Part shown: positions 44,766 to 57,740 of the stretch, one piece after another
Layout of the letters: every line of letters begins with the position of its first letter
Numbering within the stretch: the first letter of the stretch is position 1
Origin: Callorhinchus milii
Lineage: Eukaryota
NCBI RefSeq assembly: GCF_018977255.1
Contig: NW_024704767.1
Coordinates: 248,001-312,000, forward strand
DNA: 64,000 bases
Direction of reading: 5' to 3'
Made by a program: the position numbers and the translations under genes
Notes under the pieces: generated by a model
Database searches by the model: none
What the model saw: the letters and a program-made list of their open reading frames with translations, nothing else
What the model was told of the DNA's origin: nothing

Positions 44766-46529
44766 ACCAGTACTAGCGACCAGTGACTAGTTTGCTTATC
44801 AAACTCCTTGTCATTTAAACACTTTTATCAGGCGAGTCAGTTGCATTTTAATATTTTGTGTCAAAGCAAGACTGAATACTAAATATTTAGATGTATTAAC
44901 TATAAATATTTATATCAGTAAAACATTCAATACTAAATATTTAGTGTTTACTCAATATAAATACTGCGCTTGTTAGAATGTACACCACAGAAAATAAGCA
45001 AAAGCAATAATTAGTATTGCGACAATATGTATTTAATTGCATTTTTAATGGCTGGCTTTAATGGGATTCTACAACCTTCCTTTAACGGGTTAATAAGTGC
45101 AATGTTTTGGTTCATTGCCATTTAGCAAAGAGGTTTAAGAGCTTAATCTTGGACTTCGATTAAATAGAAAACGACACTAATAATAATTAAAATTTGCTCT
45201 GAAATTTAATTCTTAAATGCTGGTATTTGCTCGGGCATTAGAGTGAAATGGAATCTAAATTGCTTCCCTCTCTGGGGACAGCAGGGAGATTGCGGAAGCA
45301 CAAAAAAGAATATATTTTTTCCGCCCTGCAACTTAATCTTGTGCAGATAATGTGAAATTGCGACAAGCATTATTTTGCGTCATTCACAAGTGCAAAGTGA
45401 CGTGAGATTCTCGGGACAAAGGGTAATTTTCTTTGGCTTTCTCCAGCTCACTATTAACGGATAATATATATTTTTTTTATATATAGGGTTCTTGTGAGAA
45501 CGATGGGTTTTATTGTCTTTGCAATCTTTAAATTTTAGTGCTACTTTGGGTTTCTGTTGACACCAGAATTGCCTTATCATTTGGGTGTAAACCTGCTGAC
45601 TTTGGAGCAAAACACGAAGCAGTTCCAAAATTGATTGTCGCTGTCACTCGTCTCGCAACCCTACAAATACCGGACGGCCCTGGTATAAGGCGGCTGTTTG
45701 GCTCCGACAGCTCGGAGACCGGGTTATCAACGAAATGCCCCCCCCCCCCCCCCAAAAAAAAAAAAATATGCGGCTTCTGGGTTGCAGGTGGGACCTCAGT
45801 TTGACGTCTTATCCGAAGGACGGCACACCCCAAAAGCAATGCAGCGTTCACCCAACGCTGCCCTGGGGCGTCCGCCTGGACTCAAGACTAAGGGCACCCA
45901 GCGAGGTCAGCGATCTGACCGCCTGAAAGGTGACCATTTTGTTCGTGTGGGCGGCGTTCGAAACGCAGAGGAAGACTATTTCGAGGCAGCGCTGGCTCAG
46001 CGCAGGATTATTAATGCTGTTCGAGGCAAAGTAGTAGCGTCTTGCTGCACGCGCTCCACTCTGTTTGGGAACCAATCCAAACTCACGCTGACGCTATGGT
46101 CTGGCATTTACTATATGTGTGTTTTGGTGTGAAATGTGAATGCTGTGAATTGCACTATTTAAAAGCAGTGGCTGCCATTTGCAACACCGGTTGCTGCTAA
46201 TTTGCGAACCCAATGTGGTGAACTGATCATAAAAATACAGTGTTGCCACGTTATTTTGTCAGTCGCTCTGTTGCATTATTTACAAATACAGATATTACAG
46301 GCTGGCATTCGAGAAGCCTTTAGAGAGGAAGCTGTAGATGGTATAAATATTTACAGCTTCATATTTTAGCAGTCAATCCAATCATGCGTTATTGCCAGGA
46401 TCGCAGTGAACAAACAACAAGGAACATTTAGATAGTGCCTTTCAAGCCACAGAGGACATCTCAGAGTGCTTCACACTGGAGTCATCCAGTTAGTGAGGGG
46501 AGATTTTTATTTATTCTTTTGGCGGTGAA

Positions 46530-46797
46530 ACCAGGGGGGAAATTCAGAACGAATCTGCGGAAACACTATGTCAGCGAGCGAGTAGTAAACGTATGGAACA
46601 GGCTCCCTCAGGAGACGGTGGAAGCAGAAAGTGTTGATTCTTTCAAGAACAGATTAGATAGATTTTGGTTAAGAAACAATATCTCAAGGTACAATATATA
46701 TTTTGGGACATGATCTGTCATGCGACTTCCAGGATGGTGGAAGATGAACAGGATGGACCGCAGTCTTCTTTCCTAGCAAATTCTTTATGTTCTGTGC
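46530..46797 (+). mobile_element. CR1 LINE 3' fragment (second subfamily)
   Basis: KFRTNLRKHYVSERVVNVWNRLPQETVEAESVDSFKNRLDRFW, the CR1 ORF2 C-terminus, followed by a 3'UTR different from that of the 39718 element. Confidence 0.85.
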
Positions 46798-46965
46798 TGG
46801 TTAATTCAGTTGGAATGAGATGAAAATGATGATTAAAAGGAATCTGATGTGTGGTCTTATGAATTCAGTTCCCCGCTGCACCAAGTGGGTGGTGATAAAT
46901 AGGGCATTTCTATCTTTGAAGAATAAATCAGGATGTTCACAATTCCCATCTTGTTCAGTTTTTAA

Positions 46966-47140
46966 TCTAATAATAATAATCTTCGCATTTGATACAGCGC
47001 CTGATCATGACTTCGAGACTTCTCAAAGCGCTTCACAGAATATACTGGAAAGTGAATTGACTGTATATTTGTGGGCGAAACGCGGCAGCCAACTGCGCAC
47101 AGCAGCGTCCCCACAAACAGTCGTGGATTGAGTGACCAAA
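46966..47140 (-). mobile_element. 3' half of tRNA-headed Deu-domain SINE
   Basis: Near-identical to the core and tail of the copy at 55590-55928 (CCACGACTGTTTGTGGGAC.CTGCTGTGCGCA.TTGGCTGCCGCGTTTCGCCCAC). Confidence 0.8.
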
Positions 47141-47924
47141 TTATTATTAATTTAATTTAAGCGCTCTGAGATGCTGCCTGCGTGAAAGGTGCTACATAAC
47201 TGTAAATTGTTGTTGTAATGTGCACATTTATTTCATTTCAGTAGATTTCTTTTTCCTTTTAAAGTTTTTTTTTTCCAAAAAATATACTTTGATTCCTCGG
47301 AGACACATCAGGAAGGATTGTGTCACACAACAAACAGTTGGTTGAAGACGCTGTGTTAGCAGAGAGAGCTGAAAGGGTGGCTCTCGCTCCTTTCATCTCT
47401 CGATGCCTGGGTTCAGACGCCAGCCCAGGCTGATGGGATGAAAGTTCCCACTCTCTGGTTGCGAGGGCTCTTAGTGAGATGATTAAATCACCGCAGGCAG
47501 TGATGGACGGAATTGGACACCGCAGACAAATGGTGCTCCGTGCTCAACACTAAAAAGACCAAGTCAATAATTCTGTCAGGAACGATTGAGTCTTGCTGTT
47601 CATCCAGCTCCATGCTATTAGGGCACAAGAGCTCTCTCTCCGGCTGTAATGAGGCCTCATCTACTTTTGCTTGGTAATTACATCTGAACTTTGCTTCAAA
47701 GACAGATGGAAAAGCTGGTAGGTGCGTCCTCGATGATTCACCTCCTACCCCCTGCCCCTCTCCTCCCCCACCCCACGCTCCCCTCCCCACTGGTAGCCAG
47801 ACAGAGCGGCATCTCCCCGCTTCTCCGAGATTGTACCCAATCAGTTCAATGTTATCGAAGCTTTGCCGTTCAGCATTGCCACGGGCAAGACGGGTGCGGA
47901 CTGCCTCTCTCCGGGGTCCATCCT

Positions 47925-48195
47925 TCTCTGTCCGAGACGCTGTCCTTTGGATGAGACGTTAGACCGAGGTCCTGGCTGCCTGCTCTTGTGGACAGTTACC
48001 ATCCCATGGTGCTGTTGGTAAAGAGAAGGGAATTTCTCCCGGTTTCCTAGCCCTGCTCGTGGGACGTTGCTGTGTGCAAATTGGCTGCCACCTTGGCCTA
48101 GAAAAATACACGACTGTCTACACTTGACAACGTCACCCGGGAAGATGCTTCGGGTTGTACGTGCTGTGGTATCAAATGCAGGGATGATTACTGTT
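47925..48195 (+). mobile_element. Older long-type Deu-domain SINE (partial)
   Basis: GCTGTCCTTTGGATGAGACGTTAGACCGAGGTCC...GTGGGACGTTGCTGTGTGCAAATTGGCTGCC...GGTATCAAATGCAGGGATGATT. Confidence 0.7.
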
Positions 48196-51100
48196 ACTGT
48201 CACCATCCTGTGTGTCAAACAAGCCCACGGACAGCTGTTTCTGCTAAAAGCAGAAGTTGCTGCACCTGAACACTGATATCATTCCAAGCAATCGACATGA
48301 AACACAGTATCACCATTGACGTTTAAAGACACTGCATTTCCTGCTCGGTAACTCTTTCTTGGAACCAGGGCTTTCTTGGAACTCTAGCCTGTCTGTACAG
48401 ACTCTCTTTCTCAGCCACTCGTCCATGGCTGTGGGGGAAAAAAACACAACCCTCCCACGTCCTCCTTTAACACTTCAGTACAATCATTCAGACACTCTTC
48501 TATGCTCTTAGCAATCACTGGTGTCATATTCATGAGGGCCGTTGCCTTGTGCTGTGTTGTGCTACCGCTGTGCCCAGGCAATCGCAGCCAAACCCAGGCC
48601 TTAATGCTTATCAGCACAACTCATTGCAGCTTTAATGGCCAGTGCCCACCATGTGGTACCGTGTTCCTTCTTTCTTGGTGTTAACGCTCGCTCGCACGTG
48701 GTCTCATTAATGGTGTTGCTCCGTTTGCTACCACTGAACTAATCCGACACAGAAGTGTCACCTCTTGATGTCTGGCTCAGTTGGTATCACTGACTGAGTT
48801 CAAGTCCCCACGTTAGGCCTTTGAGCTTCTGAAGAGCTACGAAAACCGAGGACTGAATTCGACCATTTGCCAAATTTTAGTCCCACTGTGATGCTAAGAA
48901 ACCCACAGAGTAAATCTAGTCCCAGTTGCAAATCGAGGAGGAAAACCACCCCCTGAAAAAAAATTAAACGTACAAATGTCATGTTATCCGAGCGTTTGAT
49001 AGATCGCCTGTGGCATCAAAACGTCTCCAAGCGCTTCACATTAATCACCGTTAAGTGCAGCGAGTGCTAATTTGCAGGCAAAACGAGGCAGGCAATTTGT
49101 GTACGACAAATGTCCCATAAACACCCAGTAAGTGAATGATTCTTTGACCGAACCAAGAAGGTGAATGAGCCCTCACAGAATTCACCTTTAAACATCAGAC
49201 ATGTGAGTCTCTTTTTTTTAAAAAAAACCATTTTCCGAGACTATATAGTACGAAAGTGTTAACCTTGACATTTAGCTTGCTCTTTAATCTTTAGACGCAT
49301 CACCCAGAGTCTGGAGATTTATTCTCTCAGGTTTTCCTGAGTTGTTTCTCTTTCATATTTCACTTTTCCACTGTGATCACCTCCTTCCCCCACTCCCCGG
49401 CCACAGTTTTATCTCCACTTACGTCCCATCATATTAATCATGGCAAATGCAATGAATATAAACAGTGCAGACAAGTAGTTTAAACATAACCTTGTCAATG
49501 AGGCATCTTTCCAACTCCAGTACATCTGTACTACCTAAAAGACATCAAGCTGCCCCAGCCCAGCCAACCCCAACACCCAATGTGTCCTCCATTTGAACCT
49601 TTTTAGTCTAGACATATTATAATCTCATCCATTAAACTCCATTGCCCTTCTATTACTAGGTTAATGTTGCAAACAACCTTAATTTATGGCTTGTAAAATG
49701 GCTTGGTTTGGGGAGTTTTGTGACACAGACATCTTCTGATTCAGTCCGATGCACTTGCAGTTCTTGTTTGGGATCGGACGGTTGCCGGAGGAGGCTTAAG
49801 TGGCTCTCACAAGGGGTCAGGGAAAGGAAGACCAGCCAGGGCTGGTTGTCTCCGTGTGTGGCAGCCGGGTGGGGAGAGGTCAGGTTCAGCCTACCGTTAA
49901 GGGTCACACATGAAAAATGGGGGGTGGTGGGGGGTGGTGGCAGGAGATCGGAGAGGATACCAGAGGGCAACCGGTGAGGGTGAAGGCACTCTGGTCATTC
50001 TCATCCCTCTTCAAGTACAGAAAAGTCCCAATGCAGGTCAAGCTTCCGGCATACAAGACCTGTGTGCAAAACAGTCCTCCTTGATTCATTGATAAATGCA
50101 TAAGGGTTCCGCTCTGTGTTAACCCCACGACTTTCTCACATTATGTTCTGCCTGGAACTCACGTCGAAGGAACAGCTTTTCACAAGGCTTTGAAACAAAT
50201 CCATTTAATTATGTCACAAGTCTCGATCGCTTGAATGATTTTAAAGCCGTTTCTGTTTCATATCCTTCAATCGCTTGAAATAAGAACATAAGGTCAAAAC
50301 TAAAACCCTGCTGTTGGAATCATTGTGGGGACAAGCTGATATGAACATCAGTTCTGTTTCAGGCACTCTGGTTAGTTAATGATCGCTGGTGTTTTCCTTT
50401 GGGCCAAATGAGAGATCAATTCTGAAAGAATTTCCTACCATGATGTGTGAAACTCGCACCAGCAGTGCGCTGCTGGAAACTGATGCAAATGCTGGGCAAA
50501 TGTAACTAGTTCCCTTTCAAGGTCAGAATCTTTGAAGGCAAAGAACACTGATAAAAATGCTTTGCTAACTTAAGATTTTCAAAAGTCACCCAGTAAGTTT
50601 GTGCAGCCAAATGAGTAAATACTGCCAGAAGGTATGGTTGAAGCAGAATGCATCAAGGTATTTAAGAAGGAAGAGGGGATTAGGAAGGGTGGGGGCATAA
50701 ATTCTGGCACGGAACTACTTGGTCCAATTGGCCTGTTGCCCTACTGTAGGTTTCTATGGAGTTATAATGATTGCGTCAGCCAGACCTGAGCCAGGATAGA
50801 AAACATTGACATCGTATGATAACTATCCGTGCATTCGATACAATGCCTTTCAGGTTGGTAGGATGCCTCAAAGCGCTTCACAGGATTCACTGTAAGGTGT
50901 AGTGACTGTGTGTTTGTAGGTGAACGCGACAGCCAATGTGTAATCCCGGCAGAAGCCCCAAAGCTGTGGCTCGCTCGCAATAATTGAACACTACAGGCAG
51001 ACGAGACGTTGGGGGTATATTCCACTCTGTTTATTCTGATCAAACGAAGGTAGCCTAGGTCGGACATGATGTGCTTTTCTTTTTAAAAAAGGTTCCCATA

Positions 51101-53691
51101 GATTTACTCGCCCAACAAATCTAATATGGAAAAAAAAAGAGAGAGGTGGAGTGGGAGAGAGAGGAATGTAAAGATTAATTCTTTAATGTGGATTGTCCTC
51201 TCGAGAGAGTGGAATGTGTGGTATTAGCCTTCAATTGCTTTGAGCATTTTTTTTGTGAATGAGTCTGGACAATAGCAGAACCAAACAATAGCCTGGGCGA
51301 AAAGAAAAGAATCAAATTAGACAAGTTAATCAAGTTATATATAATAATCCTTGCATTTGATATAGCACCTGATCACGTCTTCAGGACGTCTCAAAGTGCT
51401 TCACAGAATATATTGTAAAGTGAATTGACTGTATATTTGTGGATGAAAATATTATGTAGTTGGGTCTGCAAAACCAACCAGGTGAGTTTAAACGCCTGTA
51501 GATTGGAGGAGGTTGTATTAATTGGACTGTAATTACTAAGACCTCATGCCTGTAAATCTTGGGATATAATAGCGTATTTCCCGCTGGTGGCTAATGAAAG
51601 TTAACTTTAAAACCTTTGCCGTTTTGCAAAGTTTCTGCAGGGGTCGTTCCCCGATAGTTGTGGGTTTACTGACGATAACTGAGCTCAGAACGGGAATATC
51701 CTATTATTGTAATTCACTCTCTTGGTTGGAGATTCTCCTTTAGGTCCAGCTATATAGACTCCAATGCATTTACATTTAGATTAGATCAGATCCCATTACA
51801 CTCTTGTTTAAAATCATTGCTGGGTTTCTGACTGACGTGTGGTCACTCTCAATGGCTGATGTAATGTCACCTCCCTGTAAACGCACTGATATGAGAACCA
51901 GTTAGCGCTGACGGAGGCTGAACAGTGGATTGAAACGAATACCGGGTACTGAGCTCAACCGGAGCAACACTCGGTACAAGGTGACAGACAGACACACACA
52001 CGCAGAGCGGGCTGGAGGTTACAGGACGCAAGAGAACAGTGTTGATGATGACCCCGCAGTTTTAGTTGATGAATGGGGACTGAGTTACTGCGCTTCCTCC
52101 CCACCCCCCCCCCCCCTCCCAGCACGGCACTGGAGCGAGTGTGAGCCAAGAGACTTAATAGCTCAAGTCACGATTTGGAGCTTAGAAAGGTACAACCATT
52201 CGGTCCAGAGATGGGGAAGTATTGGTGCGCGGAGCAATGGGTGAAAGTGATCAGCGGACACCTGCTGCCCGGCAACTCACAACGCTCGTCCCTCCTAATC
52301 CATAACACGCCGTGAAATGGAGAGCGGAGGAAATTCACCATTACCATGCGAATCAGTGATTTGTCGATTCGCACGAACAAAATAACCCGAATGCCCCGTG
52401 TTCTCATACGATGTGTGTTTTTACATGAATTTGTGATCCAGGGGGATAACGCCATGTGGGGATTGTGTCGTGGTTATAAACAGCTGCTCTTTCTGGAAAG
52501 ATGATACAGAAGAAATGTTGGCTTGCAACCTTCTTCCGTTGAAAATATAAACAGGCTAAATGTTGATACTCACTTGTGGGTTGACGTGTCCGGGGCAGGG
52601 GGAGTGAAAGTGGAGAGACTGGAATTTTTAAAGAGTTGCTTTTAGATTTCATTTAATTTTATTAACAGAACCCACACCCCCCCCCCCCCCCCCGCACCCC
52701 ATCCCCCCACGCCCCCGAACACACACGCACGCAATATCAAATGCAAGGATTATTAGTTTTTATTTTTATTATTATTATCGCTTTCATCCTTCTCGTCTCC
52801 GAATACTATACTCTCAGCTCGGCCCCTGTGTCTTGAAATAAATCTGACCAGCGCTTGACCCCCACCAACCTCCAACCCCGCCAAAGCGGTCAATGTTCAT
52901 GCGCGAGCCTTGGCAGAGAGACTTGACTCCAGAGGGCTTTGTACCTGAGCTTGACCTCTCCTCACCCGGCTGCCACACAAATACACACATTGAATAGCGA
53001 GTGCCGTAGAAGGACCTGGAGCGAGACCCCAGCTGCTTTTCTCCCTCCCTAATCCCGGGAGGAGGGGAGTTAGCATCCCTGGATATCCCTGGCTGAGACC
53101 AAGTGCACATCAGTTAAAGTTCTGATAAAGAAATTCACATAAACCCCCGTTCTTTCCAACCCAGTTGGGGCCTCGCTGATGAAAATCAAAGTGCCTCCAA
53201 TGTTGCCCTTACATGAGATCGGAATTTTTTCTGGTTTGGAGCGCTCGGTGCTCGGGATGACCTGCTCCCCCCTCCTCCCCCTCCCTCTCCCCCCCACCCA
53301 CTAGGCTGTGACAATGGCCGCAAGTATCGAGGGAACAAAATCAAAGGCTTGTCGTCGAGAGCACGGCTGTGAATGGCTCAGGCTGGCACAATGCTCACGC
53401 TGGCTCCTTTGTGTCCGTGTTTAATCCCCGCAGCAGTAAATCAGTGCTAGTGATTTCCTTTCCTCCCACTGCCTGTCAAGGCTCTATACCACGGCAGGGA
53501 ATCTGTTCCAGCCAAAAGCCTTGAGAGGCCTGCTCAGGGGGTGTGCACGGATGTAGGGGTTGGTAATACAGTATATGCAAGAGAAAGTTAAAGCGTTCGA
53601 TATGTAGCATTGTGAGTGGAGAGGAGGGCAGAGAGGCAAATCCCAAATTGGCTTTGCAACTGATTTATTTCGTGGTGCAGATTTACAAAGA

Positions 53692-54100
53692 TAATCCTTA
53701 CATTTGGTATAGTACATCCATATCTCAAAGCGCTTCACAGGGTTTGCTGTAAAAAGCAGTGACTGTCTATTGCAGTAGGTGAAACGGGGCAGCTGATTTG
53801 CACACAGCGCTGTCCAACAAACAGCTCGGGAGTGAGCAACCAATTTTTATTTGGGGAATGTCAACCAGGACACCCGGAGAGAGAAACTCCCTTCTCTTTT
53901 CAGATAGCACCCGGGATCTTTAACGTCCACCTGCACAGGCACAGACGGGGAGTCAGGTTTAACGTCTCATCCAACTAATGCAACTCTCCCCCAACACGAT
54001 ACTGAGTTGGAGCATCAGCTTAGACCATGTGAGTTCAAAGTCCCGACACGAGGCTTGAAACCACAACCTTCTGACTCAATGACGAGAGTGCTACCTACTG
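53692..54100 (-). mobile_element. Older long-type Deu-domain SINE
   Basis: Minus: GGTAGCACTCTCGTCATTGAGTCAGAAGGTTGTGGTTTCAAGCCTCG head, GGATGAGACGTTAAACC...CAGGTGGACGTTAAAGATCCC, tail GTGAAGCGCTTTGAGAT. Confidence 0.75.
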
Positions 54101-55099
54101 GCAGAGGAGCGCTGATTTTTTTTACAGCCAACAACTTGTGTATATAGTACCATTCATGCGGGGCAGTGTCACAAAGCAGTGATGCCAAGCCAGGGAGGTG
54201 GGGGGGGGAAGAAGGTGACGGTCGAACAGGAAGGTTTAAAAGAGGGGAAGGAGGGGACAATGAATGGCTTCTCAATTGAAAAGGTGGCAACACAGAGTCA
54301 AACTGATGGGTTGCGATGGTTGTGCAGTGAGAGAGGCAGCTCGGAGCTCCAGAGAGCAGTCGAAATTCGCATCCTTTCATGTTGAGCGTTTGAGATTTGG
54401 GATTTCCTGCACTGAGACTCTGCGCTCATTCCCCTTCCCCTCCCCTTTTTCCCCACGGCTGATTATTAATTAAAAGAATTTTTGCTTTAATTGAATTTTA
54501 TTAGTTTTCAAAAATTGAAACAGCCACGGCAATTACAGTCGGAGGAAATAATGGAACAAAAGAGCACGGGCGAGGGGGAGAGGGAGAGAGAGAGAGAGAG
54601 AGGGAGAATGAGAGGGAGAATTTCTGAGCATAATTAAAACTAGACTAAGAATAATTAATAAGATGCAGCACAAAATGTCAGTTATGGGCATGTAGACTGA
54701 CAGGGAGGAGAAGAATCCTAACAACAGCACTAACCGTTGTTCTTGTAACAATGCTTCTGGTAAATAACGCTGTGATAAGGCAGAACAAGGACGTCAGCGC
54801 TGAGCTGAAATATTGCACTGACGCGGTTGCTGTTTGACAACATGTTGAACAAAGGACATTTTTTCTCCCCTGTGTATTTTTCCCCTTCAATTTATTACTC
54901 CGTGTGCAGTGCAGGGCAGCAGCGAATAAAAAAACACCTGCACGACTTGGCTGTTCCCCCAATTTAAATTCTCTCGCTGGGAAATGTCAGTCTTGTGAAT
55001 TCCCAATGTTATTTTCTTTCTCCCACACCCCCTCACCCATTCCCTCCTCTCCTCTCCCTTCCTTCCTTCCCTCCCTCCCTCCCTCCCTCTCAAATTGGA

Positions 55100-55187
55100 G
55101 TTGAGGTACAGATCAGCCATGAATTTAATAGAATGGTGGAACAGGCCTCGAGGGGCTGAATGGCTTCCTCCTGTTCCTATGTTCCTC
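55100..55187 (+). mobile_element. CR1-type 3' tail fragment
   Basis: GATCAGCCATGAATTTAATAGAATGGTGGAACAGGCCTCGAGGGGCTGAATGGCTTCCTCCTGTTCCTATGTTCC resembles the 3'UTR of the CR1 at 40620-40695. Confidence 0.65.
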
Positions 55188-55589
55188 CCTCCCGTCACAT
55201 GGAACCCCTGAGACTGATGCGATTGTCCATTCAACAGCAAAGGGGTGCACTGCCGATCAGAGAGAAGGAAGATGGGCCAAACTTTCTGTTTGCTTGACAG
55301 CAGGGAGGGGAGTGAGGGAGGGAGAAGAAAAATGGATGTAATGTATAATAGTTTGGTAACAGCGCCGTTCACATCGCGGGGATGTCTCAAAGTGTTTTGT
55401 GGGATGTAGCTGTTTTTCAACTGAGTCCTAGTGTCCTGCCCTCAAACCACCTGTTCTCACTGAACGTTCAAGGGTTCACATTTTCTAGGGTGGGGGTGGG
55501 TTGCTGGATTGCAAATCCTTTCCCCCAGGACAATTGTGAATAATAATAATCCTTGCATTTGATTCAGCACTTTACCACCTCTTTGAGAC

Positions 55590-55621
<32 letters not shown>

Positions 55622-55928
55622 CCTTGCATTTGATATAGCGCTTTTCACGTTGGGAGGACGTCCCAAAGCGCTTCACAGAATAGACTGTTAAGTGAATTGA
55701 CTGTATGTTTGTGGGCGAAACGCGGCAGCCAATTGCGCACAGCAATGTCCCACAAACAGTCGTGGATTGAAAATGACCAATTTATTATTGTTTTTGGTTT
55801 TGGAGGGATTATTATTAGGCTCTGTGTGGAGTAAGGAAACTTGCCCAAGGTTTCGCCCTCTGCCTGGAATTGAACTCAGGTCTCTCGCTCGTAAAGCGAG
55901 TGCTCTAACCACTGAGCTACAGGACTCC
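55590..55928 (-). mobile_element. Full-length, well-preserved tRNA-headed Deu-domain SINE with (ATT)n tail
   Basis: Head GGAGTCCTGTAGCTCAGTGGTTAGAGCACTCGC (box A)...GAGTTCAATTCC (box B), core GTTTGTGGGACATTGCTGTGCGCAATTGGCTGCCGCGTTTC, tail GCGCTATATCAAATGCAAGG(ATT)n. Confidence 0.9.
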
Positions 55929-56341
55929 AAAGCCCTTCACGGGATACACTGCAAAATGGATTGACTGTTATTTTCTGGGCAAAACTCGACAACCAGTTGC
56001 ACACAGTTCCATCTGCCTCTAAAGGGTGAAGGGTTGAGCGAATCCACCAGCATTTGCACGCAGAAGCTTTTGGTCGTATATCTCAGTCGATGGGGCTACT
56101 CAGTATGTTAGTCTTTTCTGTAAAATACAGAGCAGATTACACCACTGTAATCAAAGCTTTGAACATTTGTTGATTTAACAGCTCTCTATAATGAGCCTTT
56201 GCTATGGGTGATTTTTTCTTGAAGACTCCAATTAACTTTTGGTTTTCCACAAATAATGCCACTTTTAATAACTATCCCTCGCTTGGAAAACCTTACATCG
56301 TAACAGGGTAATTTCAACTTTGCTGATCATTAGCTACATTG

Positions 56342-56740
56342 CAGCTTGGCTCAGTCGCCCCCGATTCAGAAGGTTGTGGGTTCAAGCCCCACATCGGGGT
56401 TTTGAGTTCACATAGTCTAAGCTGATGCTCCACTGCAGTGCTGAGGGGTGGGTGGTGGGGGGGGGGGGTGTTGCATTCTTGGAGGTGCCATGCTACAGCT
56501 GAGATGTTAAACTGAGGCCCTGCTTGTGCCTGTTCAGGTAGACATTTAAGATCCCGTTTCGTAATTGGAAAAGAGAGGAAACTTTCGGTGTCCTGTCCAT
56601 CATTCCGACTGATAAAAAAAAAGAAGCCATTCGCCACACGACTGTTTGTGGGACATTGCTGCGTGCAAATCGGCTGCCTACAAAACACGCAGTCATTGGG
56701 TTACACTTTACAAAGAAATCCTGCGTAGCGCTTTGAAAAC
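56342..56740 (+). mobile_element. Older long-type Deu-domain SINE
   Basis: GGCTCAG...CAGAAGGTTGTGGGTTCAAGCCCCAC...GAGATGTTAAACTGAGGCCCTG...CTGTTTGTGGGACATTGCTGCGTGCAAATCGGCTGCC. Confidence 0.8.
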
Positions 56741-57504
56741 ATTCGATTTGGATCAAGTCAGTTTCCTGCAAGTGTTTAAAAAGTAGTTTCTGTATTCAGT
56801 CCTGCGGGTTTTTGAATTTCAAAGGCAAAATAGACTCGCAGGCTAAGACTGGGCAGAATTTTAGGCTTTTTGATGCTTTATGTTGCACTAAACAACAAAT
56901 GGCGATTCTTCACAAAGGCTGTTTGACAGCGCTGGAAAAAAATATAGCTGTTACTTCCTTTAATTCCCAAACTTTGCAGTTGACGTTGGCTGTAGACAGG
57001 TCAGCATGTGTTTATCATAATTAGGAAGCAGAACGTCTTATTGACTTGCGAGGTTTCATTCGTAAAGCTGTTCTGAGATCAGAAAGGCAGCACATGGGCA
57101 CTGATGTGGAACGGACGTTATAAAACGATGGGCAGATGATGGGCAGCAATTAGCTGGAGGAGCCCGTTCTGTGTTGTGCGTCGTCTTCACGTCTGTCATC
57201 TTCTGGGTACCTTTGCACGCTTAAACGATTTGCAGGCAGATGTTAAATACGTTTATACAAAAAAAACCTCATCTGCAACAAGCAGCACTCAACAGAAAGG
57301 AAAGTCTCTTTTGCCAACTTGCTGATTGATTCCTGAAATATTCAGCACATTCTTTATAAGACCACTCGCTTCCCCCTCCCATCTCTTCCCACCTCCCATC
57401 TCCCCTCCTCTCTCACCCATCACTCGCACTAAAACGCACTGCCTCAGCGACGTTAGTCAGTGTTTAGCTGAGCCATGTAGACCTAGAAGGTTCCAGACCT
57501 GACG

Positions 57505-57740
57505 TCCCTTGACGCTTCCCTACCTTTCTGACCTGCTTTCTCCCCACTTCACTACCCACCACCTCCAGTTGGCCGCCTCCTGCTTGTACCCTCCGCTCCA
57601 CCAGCGGCAGCCGTGCTTCCAGCCACTACACCCTGAAGCTTGGGAACTCTCTCCCCCAATCCCTCCACCTCCCCCTCTCTTAGATCACGACTGAAGACCT
57701 CTCTCTTCGACCGTGCTCACAGTCACCTCCTCTCTCCCCC
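57505..57740 (+). mobile_element. Decayed LINE-2 3' fragment
   Basis: PYLSDLLSP...AW(N/E)LSP...RSRLKTSLFDRA-type L2 C-terminal words; similar to 20451-20918. Confidence 0.6.

Noticed and set aside
54887-55420. 177-aa minus-strand ORF
   Set aside because: Stitched from a SINE tail, a CR1 tail and (GGGA)n repeats.
55855-55928. Apparent tRNA gene (also at 62835-62909, 43589-43632 and 12670-12730)
   Set aside because: Imperfect acceptor stem, variable anticodon loop between copies, and each runs directly into a shared SINE body and tail.
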